From: Gemmatimonadales bacterium
Lineage (GTDB): Bacteria > Gemmatimonadota > Gemmatimonadetes > Gemmatimonadales > GWC2-71-9
Length of the DNA: 64,000 nucleotides
Direction: 5' to 3'
Assembly: GCA_037189525.1 (NCBI GenBank)
Contig: JBBCJC010000002.1
Location: 384,001-448,000, forward strand
Shown piece by piece: positions 8,816 to 16,612 of the stretch. The notes under the pieces were generated by a model, which searched no databases, was not told the origin of the DNA, and saw only the letters and a program-made list of their open reading frames with translations. The position numbers and the translations under genes were made by a program. Each line of letters begins with the position of its first letter. Position 1 is the stretch's first letter.

Positions 8816-10534
8816 ATGGATCGTCGATTCATTCTGGCCATCCTGTTGATGATGGTCGTGCTGGTGGTCCCGTCCTTCTTCATGAAGAAGCCGGCGCGGC
8901 CCGCTCCTCAGGTCGCAGCGCCGGTCGTCTCGGTCGACTCCCTGCAGAACCCCGCTGTGATCGATGCGCCGCCCGGCAGCACGCCGAGCCCGCTGACCGT
9001 CGAATCGGATGCGCCGGCTGCGGATGACTCGGTCACCGTGTCGTCGCCGCTTTACCGCTACACCTTCTCGACCCGCGGCGGGCGGATGGTGGCTGCGGAG
9101 CTGCTGAACTACAAGTCGATGCGGAAGGACGAGCCTGGCCAGCAGGCCCAGATCTTCGCACGCGACGGTGATTTCCTGACCTTGGGTCTCCTGGTCGGGC
9201 GCGACACCATCCCGCTCCGCAATCTGGCCTTTCGTCCGACGACCACGGCGCTCGACGTGGTGGCCGGTGCCCCGGCACGCCTGGGTCTGACGGCGGCGCT
9301 CGACTCGACCGTAGGGATCGATCTCGAGTACACCTTTCTGCCCGACGATTACCGGATCGGCGTGAGCGGCCGGGTGCGCGGACTCGGCGCGGCGGGTGCC
9401 ACGGTGCTGATCGGCTTGGGCCCCGGTCTTCGCAATACGGAGTCGGACAGCGTCGAACACGGCCGCGAAGTCAGCGTCGTGACCAAGCACACCAAGTCGA
9501 GCCTCAAGCGCTTTTCCGATCTCGACGTCGGGGTGACCGAGACGCTCCCGGGACCGTTCGAGTGGGTCGGCGTCAAGTCGAAGTACTTCGTCGCGGCGGT
9601 GCTGGCGCTCGACAGTGCGCGCATCGGGCAGGGCCGGCTGGGTGGCGTCCAGGCCACGGCGACCGATCGGCTCCATCGCAAACCGGAACAGGCGGACGTC
9701 TGGACCAGCCTGAGCGTCGGGGCGGATGGCGCGATGGCGTTCACGCTCTACGTCGGGCCGATGGAATATCCGCGGCTCCGGAGCATCGGGCACGATTTCG
9801 ACGACATCAATCCGTACGGCTGGGCCTGGCTCCGCCCGGTGATTCGTCCGGTGGCCGTCGGTGCCCGCGCATTGCTCGTCTGGATGCACGAGAGCCTGGG
9901 CCTGGCTTACGGGCTTGGCCTGGTGGTCTTCGGCATTCTGGTGCGGGTGGTGCTCTGGCCGCTCAACCAGAAGGCCATGCGCGCCGGCATGGCGATGCAG
10001 GCCGTGCAGCCGATCCTCAAGGACATCCAGGAACGCTACAAAAACGATCCGCAGAAGCTGCAGCAGGAGACCTTCCGGGTCTATCGTGAGCACAAGGTCA
10101 ATCCGTTCGGCGGATGCTGGCCGATTCTGCTGCCGTGGCCGATCCTGATTGCCCTGTTCTTCGTGTTCCAGAATACGATCGAACTGCGGGGTCAGTCGTT
10201 CCTGTGGGTGCCCGATCTCTCCCGGGCGGATCCGACGTTCATCATCCCCGTCATCATGGCGGTGTCGATGTTCGGGGTCACCAAAGTCGGGCAGATCGGA
10301 TTGCCGCCCAATCCGCAGATGAAGATGATGCTCTACGTCATGCCGGTCATGATGCTGGTGCTCTTCTTCAATTTTGCCTCGGGCTTGAACCTCTACTATG
10401 CGGTGCAGAACATCGCGAGTATTCCGCAGCAGTGGTTGATTGCCAAGGAGCGGATGCGGAACGCGCCGGCCACGACGGCGCAGGTGATTCCGCCGGCGCC
10501 GCCGAAGAAGCCCAAGAAGAAGCAGCAGGGGTAA
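8816..10534 (+). CDS. yidC: Membrane protein insertase YidC
   Basis: N-terminal TM, periplasmic domain, YGW, VNPFGGCWPIL, FLWVPDLS, SGLNLYY. Confidence 0.97.
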   Translation: MDRRFILAILLMMVVLVVPSFFMKKPARPAPQVAAPVVSVDSLQNPAVIDAPPGSTPSPLTVESDAPAADDSVTVSSPLYRYTFSTRGGRMVAAELLNYKSMRKDEPGQQAQIFARDGDFLTLGLLVGRDTIPLRNLAFRPTTTALDVVAGAPARLGLTAALDSTVGIDLEYTFLPDDYRIGVSGRVRGLGAAGATVLIGLGPGLRNTESDSVEHGREVSVVTKHTKSSLKRFSDLDVGVTETLPGPFEWVGVKSKYFVAAVLALDSARIGQGRLGGVQATATDRLHRKPEQADVWTSLSVGADGAMAFTLYVGPMEYPRLRSIGHDFDDINPYGWAWLRPVIRPVAVGARALLVWMHESLGLAYGLGLVVFGILVRVVLWPLNQKAMRAGMAMQAVQPILKDIQERYKNDPQKLQQETFRVYREHKVNPFGGCWPILLPWPILIALFFVFQNTIELRGQSFLWVPDLSRADPTFIIPVIMAVSMFGVTKVGQIGLPPNPQMKMMLYVMPVMMLVLFFNFASGLNLYYAVQNIASIPQQWLIAKERMRNAPATTAQVIPPAPPKKPKKKQQG

Positions 10535-10571
10535 CAGTCCCGCGCTGGGCGGCGGGACGGGAGAACTCGCC

Positions 10572-11906
10572 ATGCTGTCCGATCTGATCACCGCGATTGC
10601 CACGGCGCCCGGCCGAGGGGCGCTCGCGGTGATCCGCGTTTCGGGCCAGGGGGCCTTCGAAACGGTGCGGCGCCTGCTGGGCTGGACAGACGACCAGCCG
10701 ATCGTGCCGCGCCAGGCCATCCTCGCCACCTTTCACGAAACCGACGGGACGCCTTTCGATCGCGGCCTGGTCACCTTCTTTCCGGCCCCCGCGAGTTACA
10801 CCGGCGAGGACGTGGTCGAGTTGTCCTGCCACGGCGGCGCGCTGGTGCCCGCGCAGCTGCTGGCGGCGCTCCAGGCGCTCGGTGCCCGGCTGGCGTGGCC
10901 CGGCGAATTCACTCGGCGCGCGGTTCAGAACGGCAAGCTCGATCTGCTGCAGGCGGAGGCGGTCGGCGATCTGATCGATGCGACGACGCGCGCGCAGGGC
11001 CGGGGCGCGCTGCGGCAACTCGATGGCGGTCTCTCGCGCCGGCTGGACGAACTCCGGTACGATCTGCTCGACTTGACGGCCCTCCTCAGCTACGAAATCG
11101 ATTTTCCGGAAGAAGACGACGGACCGATCAGCCCCGAAACGATTCGGGCCGGGCTCGCGACGAGCCGCGAGGGGGTCGCGGCCCTGTTGCGGACCGCGCC
11201 GCTTGGCGAGCGGGTCCGGCGGGGCGCTCTGGTGGTGCTGGCAGGCCGTCCCAATGCCGGCAAGTCCTCACTGTTCAACGCGTTGCTCGGTACCGAGCGG
11301 GCGCTGGTGACGGAAATTCCCGGCACCACCCGTGATGCCATCGAAGCTGACCTCGATCTCGATGGCTGGCCGGTCCGCCTGGCCGATACCGCCGGGTTGC
11401 GCGAAGCGACCGACCGGATCGAGCGTCTGGGCATCGAAGTGAGCCAGCGCTACCTCGCGGCGGCCGACCTGGTCCTCCTCTGCGTCGAAGCCGGGAGCCG
11501 GCTCACCGATGAGGAACGCGCCTTGGCCGGCGAGGCAACCACCGTGCTGGTGCGCACCAAGTCAGATTTGGCGACCACCGGCGACGACGGTGGCCTGGCG
11601 GTGTCCGCAACCACCGGTGATGGTCTTGCGGCGCTGGCCACTGCGCTGGTCGACGGTTTATTCGGAGAGGTGGAGCAGTTTGCGGACGTCGAGCCGCTTC
11701 TGACGCGCGACCGGCATCGCCTGGCGCTCGAACGCGCCGCGGCGGCGTTGGCGGACGCGGAGCCGCACCTGGGACAGCGAGGAGACGCGGTGCTGGCGGC
11801 CCATCACGTCCGCCGGGCCATCACGGCGCTCGACGAATTGATCGGTGTGGTCGACGTCGAAGATGTCCTGGGTGCGATCTTCGAACGGTTTTGTGTCGGG
11901 AAGTAA
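10572..11906 (+). CDS. mnmE: tRNA modification GTPase MnmE
   Basis: ITAIATAPG, SYTGEDVVELSCHGG, GEFTRRA, GRPNAGKSSL, GTTRD, DTAG, C-terminal FCVGK. Confidence 0.97.
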   Translation: MLSDLITAIATAPGRGALAVIRVSGQGAFETVRRLLGWTDDQPIVPRQAILATFHETDGTPFDRGLVTFFPAPASYTGEDVVELSCHGGALVPAQLLAALQALGARLAWPGEFTRRAVQNGKLDLLQAEAVGDLIDATTRAQGRGALRQLDGGLSRRLDELRYDLLDLTALLSYEIDFPEEDDGPISPETIRAGLATSREGVAALLRTAPLGERVRRGALVVLAGRPNAGKSSLFNALLGTERALVTEIPGTTRDAIEADLDLDGWPVRLADTAGLREATDRIERLGIEVSQRYLAAADLVLLCVEAGSRLTDEERALAGEATTVLVRTKSDLATTGDDGGLAVSATTGDGLAALATALVDGLFGEVEQFADVEPLLTRDRHRLALERAAAALADAEPHLGQRGDAVLAAHHVRRAITALDELIGVVDVEDVLGAIFERFCVGK

Positions 11907-11924
11907 GCGGACGTACCGGCGTGC

Positions 11925-12869
11925 CTACGCCGTGCGGATATCCCGGACGGTGTCTTCCAGCGCCTCGAACTCCGTCGCATTGGCCCGCAGAGCGGCCGGC
12001 AGTCCCTGATCGGCAATCAGCCCCTCGACCATACGGTAGCCGAGATAGTAGCCGGAGCGTTCGGGCAGAACGCGACCGAGCGCCAGCCGGGAGGACGGGC
12101 TCAGGCCTGCCGACAGAAAGCGGAGCCGGAGGCCGATCCCCGACCGTTCCAGATCGTGGTGGGCGGCCCGGCGGAGGAACGCTTCCGATTCGCGCATCCG
12201 TTGAAACACCCGTTTCGGATATCCGAAGTAATCGGCGACATCGTGACCCGGCGCCACCAGCTGCGCGGCGTGGACCGCGAGGCCTTCGTTGACGAGCAAC
12301 TCCCGGAGCGTGGCCCGCGCGGCCGTGGTCCAGTAGTTGTAGTTCCCGCCGTTTTCATCCACCAGCCGGCGCAGGTCGCTGCGGCTGTCGGGAGAGGTAT
12401 AGCGCACCGTGTGAGCCAGTTCGTGCGCGACCCAGAGCGGAATCAGCTCGGGTGAGAGGCCGAGTCCGAAGGTGGTCGGGTTGACCTTGCCGGTGAAGTG
12501 CTCGATACAGATGAAGCCGACACCGCGTCCATTGACGACGAGTTCCCCGGCGTTGGCTGCACCGACCCCGGCCATGAGGTAGATGTCGGTCGGTCGATCG
12601 ATCTGGAGCAGGTCGGTGGCGCGGGTGATGGCGTCGTCGACCATCTCGGAGACACGGACGTTCTGGAGCAGTGCCTTCAGGTCACTTCGATCGGCGCGGA
12701 GCGTCGTCGCAATGACCTCGGCGGCGTGCGGACTCTCGAGATCCAAGACATAATTGCCCCAATACTGCTCGAGCACGGCGCGATGCGTTTCGAGATACCG
12801 GTAATACGCGGCTTCTCGATTGGCTGAACCGAGGATGTCGAGGAATTCCGGGAGCAGATTGATGAGCAC
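11925..12869 (-). CDS. Putative Zn-dependent protease, DUF2268-like
   Basis: HELAH (HExxH), downstream NEGLA third ligand, and GYYLGY motif near the C-terminus. GTG start. Confidence 0.7.
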   Translation of the reverse strand: MLINLLPEFLDILGSANREAAYYRYLETHRAVLEQYWGNYVLDLESPHAAEVIATTLRADRSDLKALLQNVRVSEMVDDAITRATDLLQIDRPTDIYLMAGVGAANAGELVVNGRGVGFICIEHFTGKVNPTTFGLGLSPELIPLWVAHELAHTVRYTSPDSRSDLRRLVDENGGNYNYWTTAARATLRELLVNEGLAVHAAQLVAPGHDVADYFGYPKRVFQRMRESEAFLRRAAHHDLERSGIGLRLRFLSAGLSPSSRLALGRVLPERSGYYLGYRMVEGLIADQGLPAALRANATEFEALEDTVRDIRTA

Positions 12870-12874
12870 GGGAC

Positions 12875-12904
12875 AAAATGCGGCTGTCCCGTGATGAAAA
12901 GCAA
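12875..12904 (-). promoter_or_regulatory. Sigma70-like promoter, probably leaderless, for the DUF2268-like gene
   Basis: Minus strand reads TTGCTT-N18-CATTTT-N5-GTG, in an AT-rich gap with no SD sequence. Confidence 0.5.
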
Positions 12905-12933
12905 GATGTCCAACTTTTTCGCAGGGATTTTCT

Positions 12934-13770
12934 TCAGGTCTGCTCGCGCCGCTTGCGCTCCGACGCTTCGCTCAGCACCCGACGTTCGTGCAGACTCAGG
13001 CTGTCGATGCCGAATTGCGCGATCTTGTCCAGCACGCGGTCGACTTCGGCGTTGGAGTCTTCGGGCGGCAGCTCGGTACGAGGGACGATGGCCTGTTTGC
13101 GCTCGAGCACGGATTCCTGCGCGCGCATCGGCGTGACGACGGGACGCCGGACCGGCGGCACCGGACGGATCGGCTGTTCGCGCGCCGTCAGCGACTGCAG
13201 GCGGAAGTAGAGATAGCCGGACAGAATGCCGCCCAGCGGGACCAGACGGGCAAGGCCGTCGCCGGCCCAGAGTCCCAGCACCAGGTCGAGCGCGATAAAG
13301 GTGATGAACAGCGCGCGCGCGCTGATGCCGGCTTCGGGGCCGGTGTGGAGTTCGAGCGGCGCCCGGGTAAGAACAAAGGCGAGGCCCAGTCCGTAGATCG
13401 CGCCGGCGGGTCCGTAGACGGCCCCGATGTCGAAGACCGATCCCAAACCCAGCCCGATCAGGGCGGCGCCGACACCGCAGTAGACGTAGTACAGCAGGAA
13501 CCGCTTGCTGCCCATCCGCCGCTCGACGGTCGGTCCGAAGAGCGCGAGCATGGCCGAGTGAAATGCGAAGGCCAGCAGGCTGGCGGGAACGAACATGGCC
13601 GTCAGCACGGCCCAGGGCTGTTTGCCGAACCGGGCGGGGTCGAGCACCAGCGATTCCACGAATCGCGGCGCCGTGAACACGGTCGTGAGCAACAGCAGGA
13701 CCGCCCCGTTGATCATGATCAACCGGATGACCCACGGGGTCAGTTGCGGTGCACGACGTGTGGCGGCCAT
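12934..13770 (-). CDS. Rhomboid-fold membrane protein with DUF6576-like C-terminus; catalytic Ser and His absent
   Basis: Six TM segments, PW..LT.MF, FGPTVERRMGSKRFLLYY. GPAG stands where GxSG is expected and VPLGG where AHLGG is expected. C-terminal EVDRVLDKIAQFGIDSLSLHERRVL. Confidence 0.85.
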   Translation of the reverse strand: MAATRRAPQLTPWVIRLIMINGAVLLLLTTVFTAPRFVESLVLDPARFGKQPWAVLTAMFVPASLLAFAFHSAMLALFGPTVERRMGSKRFLLYYVYCGVGAALIGLGLGSVFDIGAVYGPAGAIYGLGLAFVLTRAPLELHTGPEAGISARALFITFIALDLVLGLWAGDGLARLVPLGGILSGYLYFRLQSLTAREQPIRPVPPVRRPVVTPMRAQESVLERKQAIVPRTELPPEDSNAEVDRVLDKIAQFGIDSLSLHERRVLSEASERKRREQT

Positions 13771-13783
13771 ACGCGTCAATACC

Positions 13784-14794
13784 TTACTGTACCTTACCAC
13801 CGGTCCGAGCCGTCAAGCAAATCCGTTCGCACAGCTCAGGGAACTCGATTCCCGCCGCCCGTGCCGATTGAGGCATCAGGCTGGTCGAAGTCAATCCAGG
13901 CAGCGTATTGACCTCGAGACAACTCAACTCGCCGGCCGGGGTCAGCCGAAAATCGACCCGGCTGTAGTTCCCCAGCTTGAGGGCCTGATGTGCCTTCTTC
14001 GCCAGGTCCCGGCACGCGGCAGTCACGGCTTCCGGGAGGTCGGCGGGGAAAATCTCGACCGCCATGCCCGGGGTATACTTGCATTCGTAGTCGAAAATCT
14101 CGTGCCGGGGAATAATCTCGCCGACCGCCAGCGCGGTTCCGTCCAGGATTCCCACGGTCAGCTCTCGGCCGGGAACGAATCCTTCGATCATGATCTCGTC
14201 GTCGAAATCGGCGGCGTAGCGAATTGCGTCACCGAGATCGGGCTGGCTTCGGACCAGGCGAAGTCCAACCGTCGAGCCCTGTTTGCTCGGTTTGACGATG
14301 ACCGGAAACTCCGGCATGGTCGGAACCGGGCTGTCGCGCGTCACCATGGTCCAGTCCGGCGTCGGCACGCCGGCGGCTCGGAACAGGTGTTTGGACACAT
14401 CCTTGTCCATGGCCAGACCGCTGCCCAATGCACCGCTGCCGGTGTAAGGCACGTGCAGCAGATCGAGAACGGCCTGCAGAGTGCCATCCTCGCCGCGTCC
14501 TCCGTGGAGCGCGAGGAACACGGCGTCGGCCTGGGTCACGTCGGGCAGGGCCGCGAGGCCGGTCAGCAGGAAATCGCGCTCACGCTCGATCAGGTGGTCG
14601 ATCGACGGCGGTGCGACACCAACGGCGACCCCGATCAATTCGGCTTCCCGGTCGCGGGGAATCGGTCCGCCGGCGATATCGATGACCGAGACCGAATGGC
14701 CGCGAGACCGGAGCGCCGCCACCACCTGTCCGGCCGAGGCGAGAGCAACGTCGCGCTCTGCGGAGCTACCGCCAGTCAGGACGGCGACTTTCAT
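13784..14794 (-). CDS. ddl: D-alanine--D-alanine ligase
   Basis: MKVAVLTGGSSAERDVAL, LHGGRGEDG, PYTGSG, MDK, KPSKQGS, FDYECKY, EVNTLPG. ATGA overlap with the upstream gene. Confidence 0.96.
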   Translation of the reverse strand: MKVAVLTGGSSAERDVALASAGQVVAALRSRGHSVSVIDIAGGPIPRDREAELIGVAVGVAPPSIDHLIERERDFLLTGLAALPDVTQADAVFLALHGGRGEDGTLQAVLDLLHVPYTGSGALGSGLAMDKDVSKHLFRAAGVPTPDWTMVTRDSPVPTMPEFPVIVKPSKQGSTVGLRLVRSQPDLGDAIRYAADFDDEIMIEGFVPGRELTVGILDGTALAVGEIIPRHEIFDYECKYTPGMAVEIFPADLPEAVTAACRDLAKKAHQALKLGNYSRVDFRLTPAGELSCLEVNTLPGLTSTSLMPQSARAAGIEFPELCERICLTARTGGKVQ

Positions 14795-16179
14795 CGGGTC
14801 CCGATCAGTTGCTGCAGCAGATCGTAGCGGCTCACGATGCCCACCAGTTTGCCCTCTTTCAGGACCAGGGTCGCGGGATTTTCGCGGGTCAGCATCGGTG
14901 GGAGCCGATCGACTGGAAAGTTGGCGTCCACGACGGGAAAGGGCGGATCCATGACCTCGCGGACCGGCCGATCGAGTAACGACGGCTGACTCAGCGCGCG
15001 GGTCATCAGGGTCGGCTCGATCAGACCGCCGATGCACTCATCGTTTTCGATGACCGGGATCTGACTGACACCCCAGGTGCTCATCAGATTGAGCGCCTGT
15101 CGCACCTGCGCCGCGCCGGTCAGGCTCACCAGTTCCGGCGCGCCTTTGCTCCGCCGGCTGATCAGTTCGGCCACCGTCAGGCGCGGTACGTCGAGCAGCT
15201 GGTTCTCCTGCATCCACTCGTCGTTGAAGATCTTGGACAAGTAGCGCTCGCCGGTGTCGCACAATATGGTGACGATGCAGGCTTCGGGATCATCCACTTC
15301 GCGGGCGAGTTCCAGAGCCAACTGGACGTTGAGACCCGCGCTCCCGCCGACCAGCATCCCTTCTTCACGCGCCAGACGCCGGGCCATGCCGAGTGCATCC
15401 CGATCGGACGCCTGGCGAAACTCGTCGATATAGTCCCACCAGACCGTGGTCGGGATCTTGTCGCCGCCGATGCCTTCGACTTTGTAGGGACGTCCCTCGG
15501 CCTTGGTCCCGGTCTTGTGTCCGGTATAGATGGAACCGATCGGGTCGCCGGCAATGATGCGGATGGCGGGATTCTTTTCTTTGAGAAACTTGCCCACACC
15601 GCTCACCGTGCCGCCCGTGCCCGCGCCCGCGACGAAATGGGTGACACGTCCCTGGGTCTGTTCCCAGATCTCGGGACCGGTGGTGCGGTAGTGCGACTCC
15701 GGATTGCTCTGGTTGTAGAACTGATTGGCCAGCACGGCGCCCGCGGTGTCGCGGGTGATCTGCTTGGCCTTGTTGATGTAGTGATCGGGATGATCGGGTG
15801 GCACGGCGGTCGGTGTAATCACGACATCGGCGCCAAAGGCTTTGAGCAGCCGGACTTTTTCCTGCGACATCTTATCCGGCATGGTAAAAACGCAGTGATA
15901 CCCCTTGAGCGCCGCCGCGATGGCGAGTCCGACGCCGGTGTTACCGGAGGTGCCCTCCACCACGGTACCGCCTGGCCGGAGTTCACCGCTGGCTTCGGCC
16001 GCCGTGATGATATCGAGGCCGATCCGATCTTTGACGGACCCGCCCGGGTTGGCGTACTCCGCTTTGCCGTAGATGGGCGTTCTGGTGCCCTGGCCGATGC
16101 GGCCGAGCCGGATCAGGGGCGTCCATCCGATGGTGTCGAGGACCGAATCGTATGGGGTGCGATGTTGGGGCGAGTTCAT
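14791..16179 (-). CDS. Cystathionine beta-synthase (PLP-dependent, C-terminal CBS pair)
   Basis: NPGGSVKDR (PLP lysine), TSGNTG, GTGGT, YKVEGIG, DTGERYLSK, followed by two CBS domains. Confidence 0.9.
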   Translation of the reverse strand: MNSPQHRTPYDSVLDTIGWTPLIRLGRIGQGTRTPIYGKAEYANPGGSVKDRIGLDIITAAEASGELRPGGTVVEGTSGNTGVGLAIAAALKGYHCVFTMPDKMSQEKVRLLKAFGADVVITPTAVPPDHPDHYINKAKQITRDTAGAVLANQFYNQSNPESHYRTTGPEIWEQTQGRVTHFVAGAGTGGTVSGVGKFLKEKNPAIRIIAGDPIGSIYTGHKTGTKAEGRPYKVEGIGGDKIPTTVWWDYIDEFRQASDRDALGMARRLAREEGMLVGGSAGLNVQLALELAREVDDPEACIVTILCDTGERYLSKIFNDEWMQENQLLDVPRLTVAELISRRSKGAPELVSLTGAAQVRQALNLMSTWGVSQIPVIENDECIGGLIEPTLMTRALSQPSLLDRPVREVMDPPFPVVDANFPVDRLPPMLTRENPATLVLKEGKLVGIVSRYDLLQQLIGTR

Positions 16180-16595
16180 GGGACAGGGCCTCCGGTCGCG
16201 GGCGCTCGGAAATTGATCGGCTGGAGAAAGCGAGTGGCGGTCGGGCTGCCGTCGCGGAGTGCCGGGGCGAAGCGCAGCTTGCCGGCGGCGGCGAGCGCGG
16301 CCGAATCGAGAGCGGGATACCCGCTCGACTCGTAGATCGCCGTCGATTCCGCGACGATCCGTCCCGCTGAGTCGGCAAAGAGCCGGAGCATCACGGTGCC
16401 GCCGATCCGCTGGGATGCCGGGCCCTCCGGGTAGACGATTGCCGGGTTGGCATCGAGGGGAACCGGCGGTTCATCCCGCCGGGTTGCACTCGGTGGGTCC
16501 GCAGGAAGCGTCAGGCTAGGCTCGGCCTCGCGCCGGCACGCGACACCCGCTGCCAGCAGGGCAATGCCAAGCCAGCGGATGGCGCGGAGGCGCAT
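16176..16595 (-). CDS. Short TonB C-terminal-domain protein
   Basis: Signal or lipobox-like LAAGVAC, Pro-rich linker, YP...GTVML, SSGYPALDSAALAA, FAPALRDG. Alternative GTG start at 16610. Confidence 0.8.
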   Translation of the reverse strand: MRLRAIRWLGIALLAAGVACRREAEPSLTLPADPPSATRRDEPPVPLDANPAIVYPEGPASQRIGGTVMLRLFADSAGRIVAESTAIYESSGYPALDSAALAAAGKLRFAPALRDGSPTATRFLQPINFRAPATGGPVP

Positions 16596-16612
16596 GGCCC
16601 GGGGGCACACGG

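Noticed and set aside
13784..14794. ddl as a Van-type D-Ala-D-Lac ligase
   Set aside because: The omega loop has DYECKY (Tyr type), the context is housekeeping, and there are no vanH, vanX, vanR or vanS genes.
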